Assembly (NCBI GenBank): GCA_965224085.1
Contig: CBDCYI010000005.1
Location: 448,001-512,000, forward strand
DNA: 64,000 bases
Origin: Candidatus Marinacidobacterales bacterium
GTDB lineage: Bacteria; Acidobacteriota; Vicinamibacteria; Marinacidobacterales; SMYC01
Direction of reading: 5' to 3'
Part shown: positions 32,414 through 42,853 of the stretch, piece after piece
Layout: every line of letters starts with the position of its first letter
Numbering within the stretch: the stretch's first letter is position 1
The notes under the pieces: model-generated
Database searches by the model: none
Told to the model about the DNA's origin: nothing
What the model saw: the letters and a program-made list of their open reading frames with translations, nothing else
Made by a program: the position numbers and the translations under genes

Positions 32414-32732
32414 GGTTGCGTCGCCGGCCGGCTGTTCGAATCGCGAAGAACTGTCTCCCGGTTTCTTGATGGGACTCGAGCCGCGTGAATTGTAGGTTGC
32501 ATTCTTTCGAGGTAGATGCGAATCCAGGCTCGGTCGTTTGCGGGCGAAAAACCGAAGATGTTTGACGTTCTCTTTCCGAACCCCGCCGGGCTTATAGACC
32601 TCGAGCTTCCCCTTCGGTCGATGTGTCGTACAATCTCCGGCTCGTACAATGTTCCACTCGTCGCTCATGCGCACTATTCGCTCAGCGCTGAATCCGCGTT
32701 CAGGCAGACGGCAGTGCGCTGGATCAGCCTAG

Positions 32733-34422
32733 CTAGTACCCGTCCTGACAGGTGTAAGAGGTTGAGAAAAAAGGGGTAATCGCAAATTTAGGGCTAGCCT
32801 TCTGAGGGAGTGTCGTTTAGTATCGAGTCGACAAAAACGCAGATTCTAAACGACTTAACTCCAAAGGAGACCAGCCCTAAATGCGAAAAACGATCAACCC
32901 ACAACCAAGCCTTCGCGAGCCCTGGCTGGAGCTGGAGCACGCACGCGAACTCGAAACGATATCATCGCTGCTCGATGCCCATCCTAAGCTCAATGAGCTG
33001 GTACTGCAAGACCTGAGGTCGGTCACCCCATCGGCAGGGAGCGATGTTGGTCGTGGGGGAATGAGCGCGGAGCAGGTTCTCCGGGCGTTGTTGGTCAAGC
33101 AGCTGAATCAGTTCACCTATCGGGAGCTGGCGTTTCACTTGGCAGACTCTCGAAGCTATCGGACGTTTTGCCAGCTCGGCATCATAGAGCCGAGCCCGTC
33201 GAAGTCGACCCTAGCAGCAAACATCAAAGCCGTGAAGTTCGAAACGCTGGAGAAAATCAACCGAGAGTTGGTGAGTGTTGCCGAGAAGACCGCGATCGAA
33301 AAAGGAAGAAAAGTACGAGTGGACTGCACGGTAGTGGAGTCGAATATTCATTCTCCTACGGACTCCGAGCTTCTTTATGACTGCGTCCGAGTTCTCACTC
33401 GCCTCATGTGCCGAACTCGCGAACTGCTGGGTACAGTAGTGGTCTTCGGCAATCGAACGCGTCGAGCGAAGAGACGTCGACTGGGAGTTCTAAACGCGAA
33501 GGATAAGGAACAAAGGCGTCGCGTCTATCGAGATCTACTGAAGGTGTCGGAAGAAACCTATCGCTCCGCTCAACGCGTTGCAGACCAGTTGGACGAGTCC
33601 GGCTTGACCGAGCCGGTGAAGCGAGCGAGTGCGGAGAAGATCGCCGCGGATTTTAAGCACTTTCTCGTCCTCACCGAAAAAGTCATCAACCAAACTCGGC
33701 GTAGAGTGATTGATGAAGAGCGTGTGCCTGCGGAGGAAAAGGTCGTTTCGATCTTCGAAGAACACACCGACATTATTCGCAAAGACCGGCGCGAGACTCT
33801 CTACGGTCACAAGGTGTGTTTGACTGGTGGCTCGTCCTCGATGATTTTGGATTGCGTGATCTTGGATGGGAATCCGTCCGATTCAACTCTCGCGGAAACC
33901 ATGATCGACCGTCAAGTCGAACTCTACGAACGGGCCCCGCGCCAGGTTGCCTACGATGGCGCGTTTTCTTCAAAGGCAAACTTGGAAGCCATCAAAGGCA
34001 AGGGAGTTGAAGATGTTGCCTTTACCAAGGCTCACTTCGCGGTGACCGATATGGTCAAGAGTTCCTGGGTCTATCAACGCCTACGGCGATTTCGCTGCGG
34101 AATCGAAGGCGTCATTTCGTTCTTGAAACGAGTCTTTGGTCTCGACCGATGCACATGGCGCTCATTGCCTTCTTTCAAATCCTACGTATGGAGTTCCATC
34201 ATCACCTGCAACCTGTTGGTAATGGCAAGGCACCTATTACGATAATAATGATTGCTCTTACTGCGTTTATAGCCATGGATTGCTGACGATTCGCCTCTCG
34301 TTTCGTCCAAGATTTTCATTCGCTTCCGAGCCTACGAGGTGCCGGCTGAAAACGTATAATACCCACATCTTCGATAGGCCTCTCGTACACCACAAGTTAT
34401 GGTGTTTCTGGACAGGAACTAG
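32733..34422 (+). mobile_element. ISNCY-like insertion sequence flanked by CTAG
   Basis: Left CTAG|CTAGTACCCGTCCTGA and right reverse complement CTAG|CTAGTTCCTGTCCAGA imperfect IRs. Confidence 0.8.
32881..34245 (+). CDS. ISNCY family DDE transposase
   Basis: RVDCTVVESNIHSPTDS, VSIFEEHTDII, YGHKV, RCGIEGVISFLKR. Confidence 0.92.
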   Translation: MRKTINPQPSLREPWLELEHARELETISSLLDAHPKLNELVLQDLRSVTPSAGSDVGRGGMSAEQVLRALLVKQLNQFTYRELAFHLADSRSYRTFCQLGIIEPSPSKSTLAANIKAVKFETLEKINRELVSVAEKTAIEKGRKVRVDCTVVESNIHSPTDSELLYDCVRVLTRLMCRTRELLGTVVVFGNRTRRAKRRRLGVLNAKDKEQRRRVYRDLLKVSEETYRSAQRVADQLDESGLTEPVKRASAEKIAADFKHFLVLTEKVINQTRRRVIDEERVPAEEKVVSIFEEHTDIIRKDRRETLYGHKVCLTGGSSSMILDCVILDGNPSDSTLAETMIDRQVELYERAPRQVAYDGAFSSKANLEAIKGKGVEDVAFTKAHFAVTDMVKSSWVYQRLRRFRCGIEGVISFLKRVFGLDRCTWRSLPSFKSYVWSSIITCNLLVMARHLLR

Positions 34423-34425
34423 CTA

Positions 34426-35669
34426 GAGCCTGTTGCAAAACGTAACCGCTTTCACCGTTGGTTTCAATCCGCGTCCAATCGGGCAGCTGACAGATCTGTG
34501 ATTTGCCGGCGCCAAACGCGCCTGGATCGATCCGCAAGAATTTTCCCAACTATTTTGTATTTGGTCGTTTTTTTCTTGACTTGTAGCCTAAGGGATGATA
34601 TTTATTAGGCGTTATAGGGACCGTTACCAGGCAGTCCGCCCTCTTCTACGTCAACTTCTCCAAACAGGCGTCGCTCATCAAGGATGATCTACTCGAACCC
34701 GTCGACACGCTCCTCGAGGACCCCGAGCTGATAGAACTGACGAGAGAATCGCTCGCTGGTCGTTTCCCGCTCTCACCGCGTACCGGCCGGGTGAGTATCG
34801 CGCCTGACCGCTTGCTCCGCAGCTGTGTACTCAAGCACATCAAAGGATGGTCCTTCCGAGTCCTCGAGCGGGAGATCCGTTCTAGCCTCGTGTATCGGCG
34901 CTTCACTCGCTTCGACGACGATTCGATTCCCAACTACTCCACATTCAGTCGCAACTTTTCCCTACTCGGTGATGCGTTCGTAGAGAAAATCCATGCCCGT
35001 GTGGTCGCTCAGGCTCGAGACGAAAAGGTGGCTACGGGACGCAAGTTACGCACGGATACGACGGTAGTGGAGAGCAACATCCATTACCCCACAGATAGCT
35101 CACTGCTTGCCGATGGCATCCGGGTGCTCACCCGTAGTCTGAAGTGTATTGCAAAGGCTTGTGCTCAAGGTGCGCTCAAGGTGGTGGACCACAGCCGATC
35201 AACGAAAAACAGGCAGCTTGAGATCGACCGCGCCAGCAAGTCGTTCACCGAATCGAGCCAAGTCAAGTTCAAGCAAAGTTATCGCAAGCTCATGGGCACG
35301 GCGCGCAGCGTGGTCCGGCAAGCCGACGAGGTTATTCAGTCGCTCAAGAGCGGAAAGCTTCCGGTCGTGGGTTCGCTGGTGAGCATCATAAGCAATCAGA
35401 GCCAACTCGAACATTATCTGCCACTGTGCAAAAAGGTGTTAGCTCAGACAAAGGCCCGTGTTTTAGGGGGCCATCGTCACCATCCGGACAAGATCGTCAG
35501 CCTGTTCGAGGAGCATACGGCCGTGATCCGAAAAGGCAAAACATGGAAGCCGACCGAGTTTGGACGACTCGTGCGAATTGATGAGGTGGAGAACGGCATT
35601 GTTAGCCACTACGAAGTTGCCGCAGGCAATCCGGCGGACCAAACTCAGTGGATGCCCGCGCTGGAGCAA
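34426..35669 (+). mobile_element. Second ISNCY/IS5-like element, transposase (about 34614..35669) truncated by an IS903-type element
   Basis: Left end GAGCCTGTTGCAAAA; RTDTTVVESNIHYPTDSSLL, IRKGK..PTEFG. Confidence 0.8.
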
Positions 35670-36756
35670 TGCCTTGGTGCACAACTCCGATAGAGGCCGA
35701 GAGCTCGCTTGGCCCCGACTCCCATCATCCGATCATCTCGCTATCAGGCATCCCGAGCGCCGTCATGGTGTGGAGAATCTTGCACCCGATCCTTGCCTCG
35801 ACTCTCTGTGCCGCCAACCCTCTCGCTCGCATCGCTGAGCCCACGATAGCCTTGTAGCGATGGAACGTTGTCTCGACTTTGCTCCGTTTGCTGTAGCCCG
35901 ATTCTGTGTGCCACTTTCGTTTGCCGAGCCGAGCTTGTGCTGCAATGTTGCGATTGCGCTGTCGGCTGCTCGCCGGCCCCGATGCGAGCTGGGCGCCCTT
36001 GCGCGGCGGTATCAGCACCCTCGGCGAGCGATGAGCGCTGTGATTCTCGATTGCCTCATAGACGCCGCTGGCGTCGTATGCGGTGTCAGCTCTGGCCGAT
36101 GAGATGGGACTGTCGCTCTGTCCGACAAGCGATGCAACCCGCGATGAATCGCGGGCTCTTTTGCTCGTCAGCTCGCCGGCGACGACTTCGCTACTCTGCT
36201 CGTCGACACACAGATGGAGCTTGCGATAGTCCCTGCTATTTGGTGCTCTGCGCAGCTGGCCGGCGTGGACAGCGAGACCGCTGCTGTCGATCAAGATGTG
36301 CAACGGCGTCTTCTGCTTGTCTTGGTAGAAGGGGACCTTACCCAGCTTCGCCTTGCGCCTCGAGATCGTGGTGTGATCGGGCACATCATTGTCTAGCTTC
36401 ATCAGAGCGAACAACGATCGCAGCAATCCCTCGCTCTGCCTAGACGACAGATGAAACACCATGCCCAGGGTGACAGCCGTCTCGATGGCGTGGTTCGAGT
36501 ACTTGCGTTGACGGCCCGGTTTCCTCCTCCTTGGCCGGGGCGCGTCCCAGTTCACAAGCTTGCCGGCGGTGAGCGAGATCCAGACGGTCAGGCTCCCGCG
36601 GTTGCGTAGACCCGCCTCATATTCACGCCAATTCCTCACGCGATAGGCCTTCTTCACATACTTCCGCTGAGTGCGTTTGAAAATGCTCATGGGGAACCTC
36701 GTATCCGCGAGTACAGGACAATTGTGGACCGAGATCGCGAGTTGTGCACCAAGGCA
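35670..36756 (-). mobile_element. IS5 family (IS903 group) element
   Basis: Perfect 18-bp TIR TGCCTTGGTGCACAACTC at 35670-35687 and 36739-36756; flanks show no direct repeat. Confidence 0.9.
35725..36690 (-). CDS. IS903-group transposase
   Basis: YRVRNWREYEAGLRNRGSLTVW, PDHTTISRR, IDSSGL, RKLHL, GYSKRSKVET. Confidence 0.92.
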   Translation of the reverse strand: MSIFKRTQRKYVKKAYRVRNWREYEAGLRNRGSLTVWISLTAGKLVNWDAPRPRRRKPGRQRKYSNHAIETAVTLGMVFHLSSRQSEGLLRSLFALMKLDNDVPDHTTISRRKAKLGKVPFYQDKQKTPLHILIDSSGLAVHAGQLRRAPNSRDYRKLHLCVDEQSSEVVAGELTSKRARDSSRVASLVGQSDSPISSARADTAYDASGVYEAIENHSAHRSPRVLIPPRKGAQLASGPASSRQRNRNIAAQARLGKRKWHTESGYSKRSKVETTFHRYKAIVGSAMRARGLAAQRVEARIGCKILHTMTALGMPDSEMIG

Positions 36757-37042
36757 CATCGAAGTTGCAACCACCTTGCAGGACCCGACCAATCCGGACT
36801 CCAAGAAGTTTCCGGAGAATCGCGAGCCAATGACACTCGAACAGGCGATAGAAGCCGTCACGATTGGCCCAGCCTGGCAAATCCGAATGGAAGACAAGAT
36901 CGGCAGCCTCGAGGTAGGCAAGTATGCCGACTTGGTGATACTCGAGTCGAACTTGTTCGATATTGCGCCGCGGGACATCGCTGATGTGAACGTGCTGGCA
37001 ACGATGATGGACGGCAAGTTCACCCACCGAGACGGCTTCTAA
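36757..37042 (+). pseudogene. Amidohydrolase_3 (YtcJ-like) C-terminal fragment
   Basis: TLEQAIEAVT, GSLEVGKYADLVIL, TMMDGK. Confidence 0.8.
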
Positions 37043-37055
37043 GACCCGGGTCAGA

Positions 37056-37675
37056 ATGAAAGGTCTCAGATTCCGCGGGGGATTGCGATACACGGTGCAC
37101 TTGGCGCTTGCTTTGTTGTTTGTTAGCAGCTCTGCTCGAGCGAATCGCCTTGCAAAGCTTGAATGCGTGCAAGAGGGTCGCGGGGATTCCGTTGCGGACG
37201 AAGAAGAGGCGCAGGATAGGGAGGACCCCGAGGGCCGTACCCTGAAACCGTTGGTCATTTCGAGCAACCCAAAACTCGAGGTGAAGCTCAGTGGAAGAAT
37301 CCACCGCATGATTCAGTTCACGAGCGACGGAAGCAGTGGGGGAGCCGACGCGTTCTTTACGGACAGCCTCCAAGGTCCCACTATCCTCCGCGTCGATGTT
37401 GCGGGGAAAGCCAGCGATACGCTGACTGTCGGCGGCGCCTTGGAGCTTGGGCTTCAGCAGAACAGTCCCGTCTTCGTCAGCCAAGACAACGCCGATGCCG
37501 GGTTCAACGTGACCGGTCGCGTCGCGGAGCTATATTTGGATGCAAAGATAGGAAAGTTCAGCCTCGGTCGTGGCTTTGCGGCCGCTTGGGTATCCCCCGA
37601 GATAGATCTCTCGGGCACTCAGTTCGCGAGCCTCTTGCCGGTGGGCATGTTGTTTCCTGGCCTAAAGTTCGTGGA
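37056..37675 (+). pseudogene. Porin-like outer-membrane protein, N-terminal fragment
   Basis: Signal peptide, VKLSGRIHRMI, beta-strand pattern, GKFSLGRG; ends at IS1634 fragment. Confidence 0.65.
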
Positions 37676-38488
37676 CAACCTCAAGCGAAAACAGATCCCG
37701 CAAGCGCAAAAACAGCTCTTTCTCGATCTGTTCTTTGCGGGCATGCAGCTGGTCGAGCGTTCGGTACCATTGCTTGAGTTGGCGAGACTCCACGCGAACC
37801 CGCGGGGAGCGACTCGCTCGCCGCTCCCCATCATCGCGCCACTGCGGCACCCACCGCCGCCCCTGCCGGTCGCAGACGAAGTCGGTCTCGAGCCAGCGCG
37901 CCAGACCGTGCTCGCTTGACGGAGCACATAGCCGGTTGGCGACCAGCACCAAAGCTCGCTCGCTTAGCGCCACTCCGTCGCGCTTGCCGCGGCCTCCGAG
38001 CCGGTCGAGAATCTGCTCCAGTCCGAGCTCGCGCCACAGCGTCGCCGTCACCACCATCGGACCCCAATCCCACGCGTCTGCCCCCGCGATCTGCTCGGCT
38101 GCTCGCTCGGTGTCGGCCGGTTCACCGGCCCCAAGCAACCGATTGAGGGAGTCGAGATTGGCAACTAGGAGATCCTTGCGCCCCAAGTTGCACACTACGC
38201 GTTGCTTCGGCTTGCCGTGCTCCCGATACGACTCGACCAGGCGGACATACTCATGTTGAACCCCTTTGCCGCCTGCGGCCCGAACGATGCGGAAGAACAT
38301 AACCTGTCCTCACGCATACTACATATCATTGTCCACGATTACAACGTATTAATGGCGCTCAAAGCACAATATCTGTCTCTACGTTTTGGGCAAATTCAAC
38401 CCCCGTTCCTTTGAATTCAGTCACTTACGAGCGTTAGGGTGCCCATAAAGGGTAAACATGGGCTAATGAGGTTCGCCGGGAAAGTTGG
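37676..38488 (-). mobile_element. IS1634 family element, 5' part only (transposase ATG 38300)
   Basis: MFFRIVR..YVRLVESYREHGKPKQRVVCNLGR, LVANRLCAPSSE, YRTLD; left end position approximate. Confidence 0.8.
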
Positions 38489-38540
38489 ATTCACTGACCG
38501 GTCGGATGCTGTCCCTGCCGGAGGACAGGATTGTAGGGGA

Positions 38541-39899
38541 CTAGTGCTCGGGCTCCGCTTCGGCGGCAAGCACCCAGACGCGGACCATGCTGGGGCGTAG
38601 GCCGGGAAAACGCGCGCCGGCGCGGGCCGCCTCGAGCTTCGCGTAGAGCGCGTTCACATCCGCGCCGCGGATATCTTCGACGCGGCGATAGCCGAGCTGC
38701 CGCAAGTGCGCACCGTGGTGGTGTCCGATCCCTTTATGGGTGAGCAGCCTGGTCTCTTCGTAGAGCTCCGTTATGCCGTTTTTGGTGAGCTCGAGGCTTT
38801 CTCGAATCCGATCCCGTGTGCCCGGCTCTTCGAGCGCTCGGAGAAGATGCCGCGGACGTCGAATATCTTCGGCCTCGAGGGTCGCCGCGCCGCCAGGAGG
38901 AAGCGTTTCGAGATGATCGAGCTCGAGCTGAAGGGAGCCCACGTTCGTTGTCATCGCCAGAAGGCCGACGACGCCCCAGAAGACGAGGTGCAGCGGGAGC
39001 ATTGCCGCGAAAGCTCTCGTTTTGAGAGGTGCGCGCGGCTCGAGCCGTTGGCTCACGTCGTCGGGGTGCTCCCAAGTGGCGTTTCCGTGGAAGAGATAGG
39101 CGAGCGCGGCGTAAGCGGCAAAGGCGTCGAGCGCGAGCGCGGGAAAACCGAGAAAGCCGAGAGCCGGCATCTCGAAGAGCTTGAGCTCTTCCAATCCGCG
39201 GACCGTGTAGATCCATTTTTGCGGCGCGAGAAAATTGAAACTCTCCCAGACGAGCCCGCAGAGAAGACCAGCCACGAGCAAACGCACGACGATGCCGAGA
39301 TGGCCGCGCTCGAAATCGGCGAGGATCGATCGCGCGCCGCGCCGGTAGTTCCAAGGGTCTGCAAGAAAGGTCAAGCTTCCCCAAACGAGCGGTGCGAGGT
39401 AGTAGGAGAACACAAGCGATAGCGTGACCATCACCGCGCCGAGACTCTGCACACCGTAGCTGACCCAAGCTGGGAGCTGGCGCGGACGTATCTCGACGCG
39501 CCTCGCGAGCTTTAGCGCCGTCAGCATCTCATAGGTTTCGAAGAGTCCCATGAACACGGTCGCGAAAGCCGCCGCGCCGAAGAGCGCACCTAAAAGCGCG
39601 TCCCCGATCGAGCCCACTCCGAAAACGCCGACGTAGTACCAGTTTTGATAGCGAAGGTTCAGGACCTCGAAGAAATACCAGAACGTGACCGACCAGAAGA
39701 GGATGCTCGGAACATATTGGCGGCGCGTCGTGAGAAGCGAGCTTCCGCGTCTCCATGCCACGAAGCCATCGAGCATGAAGATATAGCTCCACCACGCATA
39801 AGCGTAGAATGGCTGCGCGATGAAGCCGATGTCGAGCCATAGCCCCGCGAAGGAGATCGCGAGGCCGAAGGCGCCGAGCAGGATGAGCTGTGGTCCCAC
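38541..39899 (-). CDS. Membrane protein with C-terminal DUF4332-like helix-hairpin-helix region
   Basis: Two FW.FFE.LN / LVWESFN..W.Y repeats, FEMPALGFLGFP, KGIG motif. Confidence 0.7.
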   Translation of the reverse strand: MGPQLILLGAFGLAISFAGLWLDIGFIAQPFYAYAWWSYIFMLDGFVAWRRGSSLLTTRRQYVPSILFWSVTFWYFFEVLNLRYQNWYYVGVFGVGSIGDALLGALFGAAAFATVFMGLFETYEMLTALKLARRVEIRPRQLPAWVSYGVQSLGAVMVTLSLVFSYYLAPLVWGSLTFLADPWNYRRGARSILADFERGHLGIVVRLLVAGLLCGLVWESFNFLAPQKWIYTVRGLEELKLFEMPALGFLGFPALALDAFAAYAALAYLFHGNATWEHPDDVSQRLEPRAPLKTRAFAAMLPLHLVFWGVVGLLAMTTNVGSLQLELDHLETLPPGGAATLEAEDIRRPRHLLRALEEPGTRDRIRESLELTKNGITELYEETRLLTHKGIGHHHGAHLRQLGYRRVEDIRGADVNALYAKLEAARAGARFPGLRPSMVRVWVLAAEAEPEH

Positions 39900-39917
39900 A
39901 CGACCAATATAGCGGGT

Positions 39918-41501
39918 TTACATGGGCTCGACGTCGTAGAGCTCGAGTCCGGGCGCGTTCTCGAGCGCATAGCTCAAGTTCCAGTTCGAGTCGGTGAGCA
40001 CGACGGGCAGTCCGTTGCGGTCCTCGACAACGCGGTAGCCGTGCGTGGCGCGAAGCCACTCGAGCCCTTCGGGCTCCCCGCCTACCCAGCGGGCGCGACT
40101 GAACGACGCTTTTTGGAAGACCACCGAGATCTTGTACTCGTTGCGGAGTCGCTCTTTGAGCACTTCGAATTGCAAGATACCGACCGCGCCGAGGAACGGG
40201 TTCTGCCTTCCTTGTCCCGGCGTGAAAAAGAGCTGGATGACGCCTTCCTGCGAAAGCTGTTCGAGGCCCGTATCGAGCGCTTTGCGCTTCATCGGGTCCT
40301 CGAGCCGGAGCTGGCCGAATTGCTCGGGCGCGAAGCGCGGGATGCCCGCGAACGTGATACCGCCCCCGTTCGACAGAGTGTCGCCGACGCGAAGCTTCCC
40401 TGTGTTGTAGAGGCCGACGATGTCGCCCGGCCACGCTTTTGCGACGAGCGAGCGCTCCTGCGCCATGAAGGTGTGCGGTTTCGAGAGGCGCAAGACTTCG
40501 TTCGAGCGTCCGATCACCGCGTCCATCCCGCGCTCGAACTTGCCGCTCACAACGCGCATGAACGCGATCCCGTCCCGATGGCGCGGGTTCATATTCGCTT
40601 GGATCTTGAAGACGAAGCCCGTGAAGCGATTTTCGTTGGGCTTTATCTCTTCGCCGTCTTCCGTTGTTCTCGGCCCGGGCGGCGCAGCCTCTTTTGCGAG
40701 AAAGCCGAGGAGTTCTTCAACGCCGAAGTTACTCATGGCCGAGCCCCAGAAAAGCGGGCTCACGTCGCCGGCGAGAAAGCGCTCGCGGGAGAACACGTCG
40801 CCCGCGTGCTCGATGAGCTCGAGCTCTTCCGAGATGCGATCGAAGGCTTCGGCGCTGACAAGGCTCTCGGCCTGGTCGAAGCCGGCGCGCTCCGCCGCCA
40901 CTATCTCGCTTCCGTGGCGGCCTTCGGCTTCATAAAGAATGATTTCCCGGGTCGCGAGGTTCACGACGCCTTTGAAATCCGTCCCCATCCCGAGCGGCCA
41001 GTTCACTGGAGCGACTTCGAGGTCGAGGGTGTCGCGGACTTGATCGACGAGCTCCAGCGGATGGAGACCGTAGCGGTCGAGCTTGTTCATGAAGGTCACG
41101 ACCGGGAGGCGGCGCATGCGGCAGACTTCGAAAAGCTTCAACGTCCGCGGCTCGACGCCTTTCGCGTGGTCCATGAGCATGACCGCGGAGTCGACGGCGG
41201 CGAGCGTTCTGAACGTGTCCTCGGAGAAGTCTGCGTGACCCGGCGTGTCGAGGAGGTTTAGAGCGCGCCCCTCGTAGTCGAATTGCAGCACCGAGGAGGT
41301 CACCGAGATGCCGCGCTCTTGCTCGATCTTCATCCAGTCGGAGATCGTGGAGCGCGAGGCGCGCTTTGCTTTCACCGATCCCGCGAGGTGGATGGCTTTA
41401 GCATAGAGAAGAAGCTTTTCCGTGAGCGTCGTCTTCCCGGCGTCGGGATGCGAGATGATGGCGAACGTTCGTCGCCTTTGCACTTCGTCTGCGAAACTCA
41501 T
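39918..41501 (-). CDS. prfC: Peptide chain release factor 3
   Basis: RRRTFAIISHPDAGKTTLTEKLLL, LLDTPGHADFSEDT, FVFKIQANMNPRHRD. Confidence 0.97.
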   Translation of the reverse strand: MSFADEVQRRRTFAIISHPDAGKTTLTEKLLLYAKAIHLAGSVKAKRASRSTISDWMKIEQERGISVTSSVLQFDYEGRALNLLDTPGHADFSEDTFRTLAAVDSAVMLMDHAKGVEPRTLKLFEVCRMRRLPVVTFMNKLDRYGLHPLELVDQVRDTLDLEVAPVNWPLGMGTDFKGVVNLATREIILYEAEGRHGSEIVAAERAGFDQAESLVSAEAFDRISEELELIEHAGDVFSRERFLAGDVSPLFWGSAMSNFGVEELLGFLAKEAAPPGPRTTEDGEEIKPNENRFTGFVFKIQANMNPRHRDGIAFMRVVSGKFERGMDAVIGRSNEVLRLSKPHTFMAQERSLVAKAWPGDIVGLYNTGKLRVGDTLSNGGGITFAGIPRFAPEQFGQLRLEDPMKRKALDTGLEQLSQEGVIQLFFTPGQGRQNPFLGAVGILQFEVLKERLRNEYKISVVFQKASFSRARWVGGEPEGLEWLRATHGYRVVEDRNGLPVVLTDSNWNLSYALENAPGLELYDVEPM

Positions 41502-41659
41502 CGGTGGGGACGTTCAGTGGCGGCGACGCCTACAGTGAGCGCGTGGCCGGTCTTGCCGACGAAGCGGTCCACGGCGCGCTCCAGGATCGAGCGGCGGGCG
41601 CGGTACCATCAATGCTCGTCCTCGAGCGCGGCCATTCTGGCACGGAAAAGCTCTTGCAT
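41498..41659 (-). pseudogene. SAM methyltransferase N-terminal remnant
   Basis: MQELFRARMAALEDEH*WYRARR..LTVG (HWW motif with nonsense change). Confidence 0.55.
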
Positions 41660-41665
41660 GACAAA

Positions 41666-42205
41666 GTGAACAACCACCGCCTAGAAGGCGGTGGCTTCAA
41701 GGGCTGTCAATTGGAAATTGACTGTCGTCGTGAAGAGGCTCGCCATCCTGGGAGTCTATGTACTCCTTTACCATCTCGTCCGTTATGCTTCCTGAACTCA
41801 CCGCCAGATATCCTCGGGCCCAGAAGTGCCGGCCCCAAAACTTCTTCCTCAGGTGAGCAAACTCCTGAAGGAGTACTCGGGAGCTTATTCCTTTTAGCCA
41901 CTGCACGATCGTACTCAGGTCCTGGTGTGGTCGGTAGGATACGAACACGTGGACGTGGTCGCGTGCAACCTTACCCGAGATTATGTGCAGCTCATGTTCC
42001 ATCGCGATCTGACGAATCAGATCGCGCACACGAACCGCTACTGGACCGATCAAAACCTTTTTACGGTATTTCGGTATCCAAACGATGTGCGCTTTTAGGT
42101 CCGTTTTCGTGTGCGCTCCGTGCCTGTAGTGACGCACGCGACCACAATACCACGATCTTCTCTTCGCCTAAAGGCGAGGGGTTTCGACCATCCCCGGAAG
42201 AGACA
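41666..42205 (-). mobile_element. IS200/IS605 element copy A1 (tnpA only)
   Basis: Subterminal hairpins; near-identical to 62441..62981; preceded by TTAG. Confidence 0.92.
41697..42137 (-). CDS. tnpA: IS200 Y1 (HUH) transposase, intact
   Basis: HIVWIPKYRKK, DHVH, LKGISS, FWARGY, EYIDSQ. Confidence 0.95.
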   Translation of the reverse strand: MRHYRHGAHTKTDLKAHIVWIPKYRKKVLIGPVAVRVRDLIRQIAMEHELHIISGKVARDHVHVFVSYRPHQDLSTIVQWLKGISSRVLLQEFAHLRKKFWGRHFWARGYLAVSSGSITDEMVKEYIDSQDGEPLHDDSQFPIDSP

Positions 42206-42839
42206 CTAACCGACCACGCCCATAGGGCGTGGGTTTAGGAAGGCCCCCCCGAGGGGGCCGATGACGTTGGGAAGGCCCCGTTGGGGCCGTCTCTCGTTAA
42301 CTCAGGTCGAGATCACCTTGGCGAGACTCAAGCTTTTCTTGCTCCCGGATGTACTTTCTTATTCGCTCCTCGTCAAGGCCAACCGTACTCACACAGTACC
42401 CCTTCGCCCAAAAATGCAAGCCCGTCATACGACGTTCTTTCAGCAATTCTCGGTGGATGCGTACCGCACTCTTCCCTTTCAGAAAACCGATCGTGTGAGA
42501 TACGCTGTACTTGGGAGGGATGCTCATACACAGGTGGATGTGGTCCGGTTGCGCGTTGCCTTCTATCAGTTCTACTCCTCTCTGCTCACAAAGCTCTCGA
42601 AGAATTCGCCCCACGCGACGCCGAAGGTCCCCATATAACACCCTTCTACGATACTTTGGGGATGATCACCACGTGGTACTTGCATTCCCATCGCACATGC
42701 GACAGGCTTTTCCATTCGTGCATGCAGGTTCTCCTTTCGGAGGCCCCACAGGGTCTTCCCGGAGGGGGAACCTAGCACACGCCGGATCGCTCGAAGCTCT
42801 TCGGGTCACGCCGCCAGAGGCGGCGCGTTTATTAGCGGA
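42206..42839 (-). mobile_element. tnpA: Distinct IS200 element B with frameshifted tnpA (42297..42723)
   Basis: MHEWKSLSHVRWECKYHVVIIPK / YRRRVLYG, DHIH, FWAKGYCVSTVG; left-end hairpin after TTAG, three right-end hairpins. Confidence 0.88.
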
Positions 42840-42853
42840 CTAACGAGTATAGC

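Noticed and set aside
35725-37023. 432-aa ORF as an extended transposase
   Set aside because: Extension lies outside the TIR and is antisense to an amidohydrolase fragment; real start is 36690
41605-41615. In-frame TGA in methyltransferase remnant as selenocysteine or Trp recoding
   Set aside because: Column is Trp (HWW), no SECIS is evident, the gene is truncated, and TGA is a normal stop in many genes here
42210-42290. GC hairpins as REP array with RAYT
   Set aside because: Adjacent transposase has classical IS200 motifs and the hairpins are confined to the element end
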